This document shows, in pieces, positions 1-12,716 of a stretch of DNA of 64,000 nt. The notes below the pieces were generated by a model. That model saw only the letters and a list, made by a program, of their open reading frames with translations. It had not been told where the DNA came from and made no database searches. Within the stretch, counting starts at the first letter, position 1, and each line of letters begins with the position of its first letter. This stretch comes from Felis catus. Lineage: Eukaryota. The stretch is taken from positions 161,078,001 to 161,142,000 of the forward strand of contig NC_058368.1 in assembly GCF_018350175.1 (NCBI RefSeq), written 5' to 3'. The translations under genes were made by a program, and so were the position numbers.

Positions 1-146
1 AGAGAGGAAGAGAGAGAGAATATCAAGTAGGCTAATTTATCAGTGTAGAGCCTGATGAGGGGCTAGAACCCACTAACCATGAGATCATGACCAGAGCCAA
101 AATCTAGGGTTGGACTGTCAACCAATTGAGCCACCCATATGTCCCC
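1..146 (-). mobile_element. CAN-SINE (SINEC), partial at window edge
   Basis: Antisense SINEC body and head: gagatcatgaccagagccaaaatc...aattgagccacccatatgtcccc. Confidence 0.9.
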
Positions 147-399
147 AGAGTAATAATTTTAGAATCAAAGGATATATACAAATGTCCACATCAGGGATTT
201 TAAGCATTGGACACCAATGGCCAGGCAAAGAATGGGAGAAGAGGGTTCAATAATCTGGGAGTTAAAATGGAGACTGGCATAAACTGGGATCCTGAGTTTG
301 AATTATCAATGACAAGGTGATCTAGATAAGTTTCTCCTGCCAGCAAAGGAAGCCCACAGATACACATCTTTGTCTGCTTTAGATCTAGTGGAAAAACTT

Positions 400-510
400 A
401 CCCATTTAACAACTATTCAATGTCTACTATGTGACATGCAATTTTTTCTAAGTGTTTAAGATACATTACTGACCCCTCAAAACAGACTAAGATTTCTGTC
501 ATCGTGGTAA
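400..510 (-). mobile_element. L2 3'-end fragment
   Basis: catttaacaactattcaatgtctactatgtg...ctaagtgtttaagatac resembles the antisense L2 3' tail. Confidence 0.55.
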
Positions 511-534
511 CGAGGTCCTGAAAGGGACAGAAAA

Positions 535-973
535 GGTACTACATGGTATAATGTACCTGGATTCCTTCTCTTTGGGACTCAGATACTCTTTCTGCCAGGA
601 GTGTTGCCTGCTGGTTGCCAACTGTTTGAACCTGCTGTAGCAACTGCTCTTGGTCAAAAGTAATTGTTTTGGCCAAGCATGTCCTTCCCCTTGAGGCATC
701 CTGCATCTAATGACAGGTATTATAGGAATACAAAGGTTCAGCTTCCTGGCCTCAGATGGAAGAAAACTGAAGGAAGGTCTCTGTTTAACATCTCATAAAA
801 TCACCTGAAGACTTTGTTGGAATTCCATAAACATTGAATTCCTGTTTTTCCCTAATTTTTCTTTTATCTCTCCTTTATAAGTGTTGTTGGTTCCCAATAA
901 ACTTACTGCCCAGAAATCTCCATCTCAAAGCTTCTACCTTAGGAAAGCAGACCTAAGACTGTTGGTGCCAGGA
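535..973 (+). mobile_element. LTR16-type (ERVL) LTR followed by the first bases of the internal region
   Basis: ggagtgttgcctgctg...ctgcatctaatgac...tacaaagg...cccaataaacttactgcccagaaatctccatctcaaag...acctaagact, then gttggtgccagga (ERV3-16A3-like internal start). Confidence 0.75.
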
Positions 974-1014
974 TTAATAAAGAAAGATGACTCTAAATTA
1001 AATTCTTGTTGTTT

Positions 1015-1178
1015 GGGGCATGTGGGTGGCTCAGATGGTTAAGTGTCTAAATTCGGCTCAGGTCATGATCTCACAGCTTGTGGGTTGGAACCCTGCATGG
1101 GCTCTGTGCTGACAGCTCAGAGCCTGGAGCCTGCATTGGATTCTGTGTCTCCCTCCCTCTGCCCCTTCCCCACTCATA

Positions 1179-1209
<31 letters not shown>

Positions 1210-1230
1210 AAGAATAAATAAACATTAAAA
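1015..1230 (+). mobile_element. CAN-SINE (SINEC)
   Basis: ggggcatgtgggtggctcag head, cagagcctggagcctg, (CT)n, aataaataaacattaaaa tail. Confidence 0.95.
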
Positions 1231-1506
1231 TTAATTTAAGGTTTGTTGTTTGATCAACCTGCCAACCAGATGGCAATGTGGAGCTTTATGGTTTGTAAGT
1301 TTGTAAGATACATACATATATACATACTCACTACTGGGTTAAGTATCATATCATGACTATGGGATGTATATAATAAAGATAACTATTTTAAAAATTATAT
1401 GTAGAGAGAAGATTGACAGGAAATATTATAAAATATTGGTTTCATTTCATTTGAATGAGATATAATTTCTCTTATTTCCATTCATTTTCCATTCTTTATT
1501 TTTAAT

Positions 1507-1724
1507 TTTTTTTTATATTTATTTTTGAGAGAGAGGGAGAGAGAGAGAGAGAAAGAGCATGAGCAGGGTAGGAGCAGAGTGAGAGAGGGACACAGATTCC
1601 AAAGCAGTCTCCAGGCTCTGAGCTGTCAGCACAGAGCCTGACACGGGGCTCGAACTCACAAGCTGTGAAGTCATGACCTGAGCCAAAGTCAGATGTTCAA
1701 CCAACTGAGCCACCCAGGCGCCCC
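1507..1724 (-). mobile_element. CAN-SINE (SINEC)
   Basis: Full antisense SINEC flanked by TSD tccattctttatttt. Confidence 0.95.
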
Positions 1725-1802
1725 TCCATTCTTTATTTTTTAATCAGAAAATACATAAACTAAACTAATAAATTGAACAAAATATTAAAATTCAAGCTTA
1801 TT

Positions 1803-2053
1803 TTTTAAATGTTTCTTATTTTTGAGAGAGAGAGTGCACATGCACATGCACTTGCTCATGAATGGGGCGAGTGGGGGAAGGGCAAAGAGAGGAGACAGAG
1901 GATCTAAGAGGGCTCTGCCCTGACAGTGGAGAACCCTATGTGTGTGTGTAAGGGGGCGGGGGGCTGGTTTGGGCTGGAACTCATGAAGTGAACTGTGAGA
2001 TGATGACCTGAGCAGAATTTGGACACTTAGCTGACTGGCCACACAGGCACCCC
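1803..2053 (-). mobile_element. CAN-SINE (SINEC) with internal ~30 bp insertion
   Basis: Antisense SINEC; imperfect TSD aaattcaagcttatt/aaactcaagtttatt. Confidence 0.9.
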
Positions 2054-2239
2054 TTGAAACTCAAGTTTATTAATATTGTTAAAGTTACTATCACTGTTAT
2101 CAGCATGCAATAGATTTTAGAGAGTAAATGCCCATTGAATGTCATACACCTTTAAATTTATCTCTAGTGAAGATCCTTCAATTTTATTAAGCATTAAAAT
2201 GCACATTTAATGCCACAGATCTAGATTTTATAAAACTTT

Positions 2240-2456
2240 TTATTATTGTTCTATTGATTTTTGAGAGAGAGAGAGAGAGAGAGAGAGCATGAGCAGGGGA
2301 GGGGCAGAGAGAGACAGGGAGACACAGAATCTGAAGTAGGTTCCAGGCGCTGAGCTGTCAGCACAGAGCCTGACGTGGGGCTCGAACCCACAAACCACCA
2401 GATCATGACCTGAGCCAATGTTGTACACTTAATGGACTGAGCCACCCAGGTGTCCC
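2240..2456 (-). mobile_element. CAN-SINE (SINEC)
   Basis: Full antisense SINEC; imperfect TSD ctagattt..ataa..ctttt. Confidence 0.95.
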
Positions 2457-2639
2457 TAGATTTAATAACTTTTTATATATTTTCATATTTTATAATCATA
2501 TGATATGTCTAGCCACAAAGAGCTGCACTGGTATCATGAAAACAGCCATTTCATCTACTTGCTAGTTTATGATGAGTAAATCACACTTTTTCTATGCAAT
2601 TCCCTCTAGATGCTCTGCATTTTTTGTGTGACACAATCA

Positions 2640-3670
2640 CTGGCTAAGGGTAACAATTACCAATCAATAATCTCCTTCCCTAGTCCCCTCTCCACATCAT
2701 CCCAGTCCTCCTGTAGCATAAAATTACATTTTCTGCACTAAAGATTATCAATAACCTCCTAATTGACAAAAGCAGCATCTTCTTTTACGCTCTTAGATTA
2801 CTTGATAGAGTATCTCAACCTTGACGACCATTCATTGTGTGGACTGTTTATGTTTTGTTGTGACCTAATAGCCTCTTTTATGCTGTCTTCTAAAATCAGA
2901 CTCAACTCTCATATCCATGATAATTAATTCCTCCTTTAAAGGCTTAGCTAGTATTTTCTCTTCCTTTCATTTCTATTGCCAGTTCTCCAGAAAAGTACAC
3001 TCATCATCTTCCCACAGGCTAATTCAATATCATTCTGTTATACTTCTTTTCCATCTTGCCTTCCACACACCAGATCATTTACCACTGCTGCTGCCAGACT
3101 AATATTTCAAAACTGCAGTTCTGTTCCTAGCAGTCCCTTCCTCAAACAATTCACTGGCTTATTCATAGGATTTGTAGTTCTTCAATGTATAGCCCAATTT
3201 GCTTTCTACTTCCCTTATACATAATGATCTTCAGCTTTGTTGTCTGCTTCCTCCCTCAGAATATTTCAGGTACCCCATGAGTTTACTCCTAACAAGGAAT
3301 TGGCATCTCCTTTCTTCTCTAGGGGAATTCCTCAAAGATCTTGTTTAAATATTACTTGCCCTATGATGTCTTTCTTGATAATCCCTGGATACCAACTATG
3401 CACATGGATCATTATTTCTGCTCATTCTACCAGGACCTTTGCAATTCCAAATTTCCCTGCCTGCGGTGATATTCTCTAAATGTTTTCAGGGCTGGATTTT
3501 CCTTGGTCTTCATGTCTTGGCTCAGGATGTCATCTCCTCATGGATATCTTCCTTGCCTTAAACCAGAATAATCATCATAACACTTGTCATTGTCTAAAAT
3601 ATCTCTATGTTGTGTTTATTTGCCTTTTATTTTTACTAGTGTCAACTCTATGGAAACAGGACTCTTTTTA
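2640..3670 (+). mobile_element. Degraded L2 fragments
   Basis: L2-like motifs ataacctcctaattgacaaa, ctgctgccagactaatatttcaaaactgca, ggacctttgc...ctcaggatgtcatctcctca. Confidence 0.6.
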
Positions 3671-3689
3671 TGTTTGTTGTATCAACATA

Positions 3690-3795
3690 ATTTTTGAGAT
3701 CAGTTTTAGGTTCACGGCAAACCTAGGGGGAAGGTATATATAATCTCCTGACCACACACATGCATAGCCTTCTCCATCAATATCCCCCACCAGAG
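3690..3795 (-). mobile_element. L1MC1-like 3'-end fragment
   Basis: cagttttaggttcacggcaaa...cacacatgcatagcct...atcaatatcccccaccagag matches the antisense L1MC1 3' end. Confidence 0.75.
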
Positions 3796-5067
3796 AAAAT
3801 ACTAACTCTCAAAAATAAGCCTAAGTTTTAGCTCAATATATATATAGCAATTTTATTATAAAACTATTTTAAATGTTTGGACTCAAACCTATGATAACAA
3901 TTATAAGACATTTTATTTTAGCATTCATACTATCCATCAGGTTCAAAAACAAAGAACAAAAATTTCAACAAGTCCACTTCCAGATATTTCCTTCAAACTG
4001 AAAGTGAAATATATAGCAACATTTAAAGAAAAACTCTCCTCATGGAATAGCGCTGAATGGTACCATGCCCTTCTTTCTTGGAGATATAGACCCTTAAAAT
4101 AATTGAGTTTTACCAAAGACATCCAGAAGTTTCTCTAAATATACTAGAGTGGGATCATTGTGACACAATAACATATGCCACAAACTACCAAAGGCTGTAA
4201 AATGTGCCACCAGTATAAATTGTTTTAAAAACAGAGTTGGGCAAGTATTTGGAGAAAAGAAATATTGAAGGGCAGACCCGCTAAATCAAAAGGAAGCGAT
4301 GGGCAATAAATGCCAAGCTACTGAGTTCTTGTAAGATTTACTGCAAATTCTTACTGTGCAGTAGCCTCATTTTTTTTTCCTGTGAAGAAAATGAAGTTAT
4401 TATAAGGTATCATGCCAAATCTCATGAAATGTCATGATACGGCACTAAAAAATGATCACTTTTTGCATGGAGCTCCTGAAAATGGTCTTATCAATGGCTG
4501 TAGCATTAAAACACCCCAGTGAACTACAGCTATTTTTAGAAAAAAAATTTGTTGACTAATTTCATATTATTTAATTTCTTAATATAGGACATTTTGTAAT
4601 TTCCTATTTTTGATATTAAAATTTATTTGAAAGTCTTCCTCTGATGTGTCATTGTTTATGGAAACTAACCTGTTATTTTTTAATGAGGAAGATATTGACT
4701 CTTTCCTAAACAGGACATGTACTAAGCTTTGTTGTTCCAGTGAATGACAGGCATTTCAGTTTTAGTCACTTTCCTTGACCCTGTATTACTAAATATATTT
4801 ATTTATATTGACTGACAAGTGAGATTTGCTTGACAAAATTAAACTTCCTGGCCTATGCAGAGATGTGGCCCATGGCAAAGATGTTATAAATACTATAACA
4901 GCTCCACCTAAAAACATTCAGTCAGATTCAATAAGGCTACAACTGAATTCTCTAAGCCACCAATACACATTCTTTCTGCAAACCTCTTGTATTGAATCAT
5001 TCCATAATCTTTTTCTCAAACTGTAAAATTTAGAATCAACCTTGGATGGTCTTCTCCCTCACACCTA

Positions 5068-5491
5068 CTGTAATGTCCCACCACTGAAATCTCCCTGGAC
5101 TGACTGTCATGTTTCTGGGTATTAGAAAGGCTATCAACACTCAGTCTTCAGCTGTTGGCCCCTTCAGGGATTGTCTTGACTTCAGTGGACTACCTCAGCC
5201 AAAGTCATGCTGCTGCTGGTGAGACCCACATCCAAGGACTAAATGCATAGGCAGTATAGAAGCTCACTCATTGAGCCCAATGCAGGACATCCTGACCAGT
5301 TATTTCAGCCTCAGGAAACTCTTTTTGATCTGTTGAAACTCTTTGGACTAAATCACAGCTGGATTTCTCCCTCTGCCCATCCTTATTTCCTCTTTCCCCT
5401 TTCTAAAGGTATTGATACCATTTGATCCTTAATAAACATCCTGAATGATAAACTGTCTCAAAGTCTGCTTCTCAAAGAATCCTATTTGCAA
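5068..5491 (+). mobile_element. LTR16A-like solo LTR (ERVL)
   Basis: cagctgttggccccttcagggattg...cccacatccaaggact...ttctccctctgcccatcc...aataaacatcctg...tctcaaagtctgcttc. Confidence 0.8.
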
Positions 5492-5569
5492 TACTCTCAT
5501 GCATTACCCCTTAAATATTTCAGCTGTACCTCTAATTATGTAAAAAAAATCATCTAGTTTTATAGCCTC

Positions 5570-6020
5570 TATTGATCCTGCCTCATTATCATTTTTATCA
5601 TTGAATAGGAAGTCAGAGAGACCTCCTGAGGTTGCCTTTTCTAGTCCTGTACCCTTTAAGTACATACCCCACACAACTAGAAAGAGCTTTAAGGCAAAAT
5701 AAATTGTCTCTTTTTATTCCCTCAGTGATCACTCAACAACTACAGAATAAGGTTTAATCTCCTCAAAATTTCATGCCCAGTCTTCTCTTTTTAAGACATT
5801 GCCTACTTTCCCAGACTTAATATCTTTTATTCAAACTTGCACACCCTGGAATTCAGCTTTGCTAAGTGTCTGTTCTTCCCTTAATGACTGCTTCCTCAAT
5901 ATTTGCATTGTTGTCTCTTCCTGGAACATCATTCTTTGTCTTGTTATTTTGCCTTCCCAGATACCACTAAAGCCATATTTTCTCTGTCATGCCTTTTAGA
6001 ATTAAACCCTGACTTCCCAG
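5570..6020 (+). mobile_element. Degraded L2 fragment
   Basis: cacacaactagaaagagcttt...cagaataagg...ttgtctcttcctggaacatc follow L2 3' motif order. Confidence 0.5.
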
Positions 6021-6054
6021 AGTGAGTTGGGTGTCTTCTCTTCTCTGCCTCCAC

Positions 6055-6056
<2 letters not shown>

Positions 6057-6105
<49 letters not shown>

Positions 6106-6138
6106 CACACACACATACACACACACACGTATATATAT
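6057..6138. repeat. Compound microsatellite (TC)n(AC)n(AT)n
   Basis: Directly visible. Confidence 0.95.
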
Positions 6139-7574
6139 CAAAAGACATTGTCATGTTGTTGTATAACTTTATCCATCCATTATTAGAATTTGGTTTTCTG
6201 ATAGGAGTGAATTCCTATGCATCTCTATCAAGTGCATTGGCAGATAGGTGTTTTCCAATTTATGTAGGCTCCGAATGACTAATGAACACATTAAACGATC
6301 CATTTCTTCAGTTAAAAATAATTATGGTTAGTAGAGAAACAATGCAATATTGATGTATATGGCCCTTCATTTGTCCAGTAAATTTACAGTCATCTGATAA
6401 ATTTTACATCTGAAGACCCTATGAAGTGGACAATTGTCTACAGGATTTTTATGTTCGAATAATGACTAAAAGAGGGTTAAAGAAGATAATATTTACAAGA
6501 TATTTACAAGATAATATTACAAATCTGGTATGATTTGTAATACTGCTATGATCTTTTTACAAAAATTTGGCATTAACATTGGAAAAAAGAAATGTTATAA
6601 ACCAAAAAATATTTTTCCTCTCCTTAATATGAATTAATGTAGCAAAAAGTCTATCAAATGGCATATATTGTGTGCCCAACATGTGTGGATTGGCTGAATT
6701 GAATATGATGTTCCACCTTTACATTTATATTACATGTATGCAACTTAAGCCAGAAAGTCACACTTCTTGCAACATTTTACATATTTAAATACATACATAT
6801 ACATTTTACTATTGTACCCTTCTAAATTCAGAAAGGACAAATAAAAGGACAAACTACAATTTCTCTGGTTTTTCTTTTTCTTTTTTTCAAGTTCTTTTTT
6901 TTTTTTTTTACCCATCTTATCTTTAAATTAACTTGTAGGGTCTAAATCAATATCTTTCCAGGGCTTTTGTTACCTTATCTTGATTCGGTGTTTCTGAACT
7001 AATGATGAAAATGCGGTTTATGTTTAGATTTAGCTTTTCAATTTGAACCAAATGAAGGACAAACATGATTCTTCAGACTATCGCTTGCTTTTAAGTTTTA
7101 AAATCATCATTTTCTGTTTTAGTAACATAGCGATGTTGTTGTTCTTTTTCCTCTTATTATTATTTAGAACGTTTTAAGTAATTCTTTCCAGCATTATTGT
7201 TGCCCTTTGCAGATTCTCCTTGCAGGAAATTTAAACGTTTAAAAAAAAATCATTCTCCAAAAACTGTTGAGTTGTCTATAAATGTTAACCAGCACGATTT
7301 TCTGTGATTACTTGCATCAGACTCACTAAGAACATGTGGCATCCCTTCTATACAAAGTCACACATTCTTTATAAAATAATATATAATTGTCTATAAGCCA
7401 TGACGACATTCTTTACAAAAGACTATGATTCTGCCTTCAGAAAAATAATAATTGTTATAATAATACAGAATATGATATTGTTGTAATATTATTATATGAT
7501 AATTATAATGAGTTTTTCTTCACTGGAAGAATAGATAATTTGGGATTTGAGAGGATTTTGTGTTTCACATAACT

Positions 7575-7835
7575 ACTTTTTAGACTATCTTTTCAACTGT
7601 TCCTCATGCATTGTTTCACTTAGATCCTACCTATCTGGGTCACGCTATCTATTCACGGTCACCTTCTCCTCGGTTCATACTAAAGGCAGCATGCAGAACT
7701 GAATACACATGTTCCAGCGGCCTGACGGTGCACAGTTGCAATGGGACTGCCATAACTTGGGTTTCTGCTACTGCAGCCTAAAATCACTTTAGCTTTTGGA
7801 GAATTGTGCTGGAACATATGATTCATGTAGCCAAC
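7575..7835 (-). mobile_element. L3/CR1 LINE RT-region fragment
   Basis: Minus-strand translation KAKVILGCSSR resembles CR1 KANAILGCINR; tgtgtattcagttctg and catgaggaacagttgaa follow in CR1 order. Confidence 0.7.
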
Positions 7836-8994
7836 AGAACTTGTAGATATGAAATGCTTCCTTTTCAAATACTCATATTTTCTTCCAGTATTGTTCACCC
7901 TTCTCTGATTCCTCTGATTCGTCACTTCTTTGTAAGTCTCTTTCATGCTTCTCCCATATTTGTTCCTTTGTGTCCTTCAGAAGCATATAAATGGCCTTTA
8001 TGACACATTGCTTTTATGACACATGCTTTCAGGTTTTTTGTGATTGTTGTTGTTATTTTCTTTTGTTTTTCCCAAAGAAAGTTTGTGAAAGACAGCTGGT
8101 CTTTCACAGCTGGTCCATCATGTATATCCCTAAACACACACACAAACTCACACCTTATGCAATTAAATTGAGGGCTGTTTTGTTAATTTTTTTCAGCATT
8201 TAATCAATGCCACGCACATACTTAATAGATCCTCAACTCATTTCTGCACTAGTTGCTCAAATTAAAAAAATAAAATTAACAAAAGATAGAAATATGACTT
8301 CACCAACTCCAAGACCAAATATTAACAATTAAAAATTGGATGAAACATAAATATTCAAAATTTTCAGAATTGAAAGAACAGAAAATCATAATGCCCAATG
8401 TAGTTAGACAAAAATATATAAACCATCTTAAATACCAGTTTTTAGATAACATTATTAAGTTACATAATGAAAAAAATCAAATCATAAGTTACATTTTAAA
8501 AGAAGGCTAAAAATGTGTTTTGAGGTAGATTAGAGCTACAAATGCAACAATTTGGATGAATAGTTTCAAATCTCATTAATTCATAACTTTGGGTTTCTTT
8601 TCAAAGCTATATCTCCAAAAAATAAACAGTTTACAACCTTAGGAGATTCTTGGACAGCTCGACTGCTTTGGAAAAACACCTTAGATTAAATAAATGTTTT
8701 ATTTGTCAAAATTTTAAGACGTACAGATTAGCTGAAGTAAATACACCTACATTTAAGAGTGATGGTAAATGGTTGAGGAACTGATGAACATTTCCTAATG
8801 TTTTGTTTATGTCTATTTTAAACTTTATTTAATAAGGAGATAATGCTTTAAACAAAACCTCAGTAGCAACTATTTGAAAGCATATGAAAAATAGTACTTT
8901 AAAAATAAATCCTAAAACATTTTTTAAATTAGTCCAATGAGAGTTATGTATCAATTAATTTTAAGACACAGTAGTATAATGAATGACATTAATG

Positions 8995-9440
8995 AAAAAG
9001 TGAGTATCTTGCCATTTGCAACAACATGGGTGGGCCTAGAGGGTATTATGCTAAGAGAAATGGGTCAGATAAAGAAAAATATTTTCTGATTTCACTTATA
9101 TGTGGACTCTAAGAAGGAAAACAAATGAATACAAACACAAACAAAAAGAAGAAACAGACCCATAAATACAAATTGATGGTTGTCAAGGGGGAGGGGATGA
9201 GCAAAATAGATAAAGAAGAGTGACAGATACAGACTTTCAGTTATGAAATGAGTAGGTCATGAAAACAAAAAGTACATCAAAGGGAATATAGTTATTGGTA
9301 TTGTAATAGCATTGTATGGTGACAGATGGCAGCTGCACTTGTGTGTGGTGACCACAGCATAATGTGTAGACTTGTCACATTACTATGTTGTACAACTGAA
9401 ATTAATGTAACCTTGTATGTCAACTATATTCCTGTAATTT
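8995..9440 (+). mobile_element. Carnivore L1 3' end (L1_Carn-like)
   Basis: ttgccatttgcaacaacatgg...gggtattatgctaag...gtgacagatgg...tgtatgtcaactata. Confidence 0.9.
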
Positions 9441-9569
9441 TTTTCAAAACAGTACTCAGTGGCCACATGAGATAGTATAAGACACTTACCAGAATGATGA
9501 AAACACAGATTAGCAATGTCAGGTAGAGTGATTAAAAAAACACTGTTACACTAAGGCAATTAAATTATA

Positions 9570-9900
9570 AACATTAATGAGAATGAATGAGTAAACTTTT
9601 TCACAATCAATGAATGACATCAGTGAATCTCACAAATATAAATTTAACTGAAAATAGACGGATAAATGATGTAAAACTGGTAAGTGTAAACAATGGTGAT
9701 AGAAGTCAGGATACAGGGTCATTCAGGGAAGAGCAATCACTGGAAAGGCATAAGAAGGAGCATCTGGTCACATCTTTTATGTATTTATTATCAAGCTGCG
9801 GTTCTGGGAGCAATCACTTTGAGAAAACCCATTGTGCTCAACATTTGTGATTTGTGTATTTTTCTGCATGTGTGTTATACTCCAGAATTTTACCTTTTTA
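9570..9900 (+). mobile_element. Old L1 (L1ME-like) 3' fragment
   Basis: gtgaatctcacaaatata...gatagaagtcagg...tttctgcatgtgtgttatac. Confidence 0.6.
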
Positions 9901-11669
9901 AAAAGGGACTATGTTAGATAGAATAAGAAACTATTTTAGTATTTTATAGGTTGGAAAAGGAGCCACAGTTGATCTTTGTTTAAGATTAGGGTTAGATAGA
10001 GGTAAGTTCAGTTTCTAAACAATTCCTAGAAGAGTATCCTACTTCCTACACAGAGAAAAGAGAGGGGATGGGGTGAAAATTCATGTGACTTAAAAGGTGG
10101 ATTCATGATTTTTGTAACTGTATTTTATATGCATGCTTACCAATTTTTCCTCATTTCTAAACGTAAGTAGAAAGTGAATTCATTCTCAGAATATCTGAGA
10201 ACTAGAGTCTATTGAAGTTGGAGTGACATCCTCTTGGATTAGAAACATATTTACCAAAATATGTTCATAGACCAAAAATATCATTGTGAAAAATATAATA
10301 AAATTTGAGTTTTTATTTGTGACAAAGCCAGGGATTTGAAAAATTAATATTCTCTTGTTTTGTTCCAATTAAAATATCTGATTTAGGAAATTATTTTAAT
10401 CCAGATTATATTTCCATGTACATTGGTCTAAAGTGCAAGCACGAGTTAATGGGAAATAAGTGATTGGTTAATTAAGCCCAGCACAAAAAGGGAAGTGATT
10501 CTTTTTTCGCAAAATAGGGAAGTGAGAAAGAAATGGCATTGCATTAAAAAAGAAATAATTTCATCCAAGAAAGTGTATGCTATTACTTGTTTTGGGGTTG
10601 GTGTTTTCACTAACATATAGGGTCAGGATATAACTTAGGGTGGGCCAGACAAGTAAAGTTTTTTCTTATTTCACTTGATGTGAAGCAGATTCAGATTATG
10701 AAGTCCCTGGAAAATGTGAAAGAACAGGAATACAAAATATAAGCCAGTAGAGAGAAATTGAAGATACCCAGGGGCTTCAGTAATTTAAGTAGGCAAAAGG
10801 TATTCCTGAACTCAGATTCAGGTTAAGGATTTCAACTTCCCTGTATCATTTACTGGTTTTTAGTTTGCTTTATGGAAAATGCTATCAAACTTCGATTTCT
10901 ACTATCTTATAATCAGGGAATTTTCAGAAATCTTTATTTCAGACAATGCCAGGATTCTGGGTAGGGGGAAAGAGAATGGAAAATAGACCACCAAAAACAG
11001 CATTTAAGACTTCTAGTTAGACATGGAACTCACAGAAATGAAAGCATTTGGAGTTTAGAGATGAGGTTCTAATACGTCTTTTTACATAACCATGAATGCA
11101 CAGAAAACAATGATCAGTTTTAAGCGAAGGATAATAGGCAGCAATTTCATGCTGATGGTATGCAATTGACTTTTTAAAATAAATTTGGATTCATTTAATT
11201 CTGTGTTTGGTATGTGTTACTGGTGCAACTGTCCACAGCTCATGAAAGGCAATAAGGTGTTTATCAACCGTGACTGTTAGTAAAAATATTCACGATAGAA
11301 AATAAGAACAGTTATTTTTTAAAAAGCGCACACAATACTTGCTAATACAGAGAACATACATTATGTACCATTATTTTTAAATTTGCAGTATAGAATTACC
11401 TATGTAATGAAATAATACTCTTCAGTGGGCCTGACAATACATTTCTCTTGTGCTGCAGTGTTCACAGATTTTTGAACCAAACTCTCCACACATCTGAGGT
11501 ATTTAGCCTTTAAAGTGCGCTCACCTCTGTCCATTACTTCTAAACTCAGTCATCATGAGAGGCAAAATACATTTTGAAGGAACACAATGTAATTCATTAC
11601 CAATTGCAATTGTTCCTGGTCTAGAAATCCAGTTGTGGTACTTGAAGATCAACAAAAGCAATAGCACAG

Positions 11670-11885
11670 CAGCATGACACAGACTCTGAACTCCAAAGCT
11701 CAACAGCCAGATTTCAAACTCCTAGCTCCTCTGTCACTAGCTGTGTGACCCTGGGCAAATCACTTAATGCCTCCATACCTTAGTTTTCTCATTGTAAAAT
11801 AAGGGTATTAATAATAATCCTACCTCATAGGGTAGGATGAAATGGATTCTCAGTTGTAAGTGCTTAGAGTCAAATCTGGCAAACT
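11670..11885 (+). mobile_element. MIR SINE
   Basis: MIR core ctagctgtgtgaccctgggcaaatcacttaatgcctc...ctacctcataggg. Confidence 0.85.
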
Positions 11886-12249
11886 TAAGAGTATCATATT
11901 CATAAATCTAAAACATTAGCACATGACTCCAGTCCCCACTTTCTTCAACTCAATACATTTCAGGCCAGAATCACTGCCCTGGTGACTGTCTGCTTTCTCA
12001 AGAGCTGCAATTATTTTCCTCTAACTCTAAATGGGAAGGCCAGGCTTCACTACGGTGCTCATGACATGCACAATTGCTCACTAAATGCTTCTTGGGTCCT
12101 ATTACACTCTGTCATCATGTTCTTCCTGTCTTTTAGGAATTCTATTACCCCTTTTTGAATCTCCCATATGTTTTCTGATTTGCATGATTTATTGATCTAT
12201 TATGTATTTTATGCTGCCAAGTGAATCAATCTATCGATCTATCTACAGT

Positions 12250-12440
12250 CATTTTTTGAGCGCTCTCTCCACGACAACTACAGTGCTAACTGCTTTTCTC
12301 CTGTTTAACCCTCACAATAGCATTTAGGGGGTAGAACCCATCATTATTCATATTTTTCAAGTGAGAAAAGTAAGACTCACAGTCCGAAGTTACATACCAC
12401 AGGTTAGGCAGAGTTCACATATGAACACATTTGGAGACTA
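12250..12440 (-). mobile_element. MIR SINE
   Basis: tttaaccctcacaatag...catttttcaagtgagaaaagtaagactc, antisense MIR core. Confidence 0.6.
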
Positions 12441-12716
12441 TGATGTCAAGTTTTCCCTGGCAGAGGGAAAGGAGTAAATCAAAAAGAGAGGCAGGTATCT
12501 TCGGGGTCTGTGATTCTCCTTAGAGAAATGCTGTCCTCTGTTGCTTTATTTATTCATTCTTCCTCTCCTCCTCATTTCAACATGGATATCATAGCAATCT
12601 TACGTTGGGGAAAACCAAGCTAGCATCTCTCATTTTGTCACCACCAAACTTAACTTTCCAATTCCTGTAACTATGCTGAAGCAGATAGATATGGTTAAAT
12701 AATTAATTCAGCCTAT

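Noticed and set aside
11520..11650. Possible minus-strand exon ending at a cagag|gtgag donor
   Set aside because: Weak acceptor, unrecognisable peptide and no partner exons; cannot be supported without RNA or conservation data.
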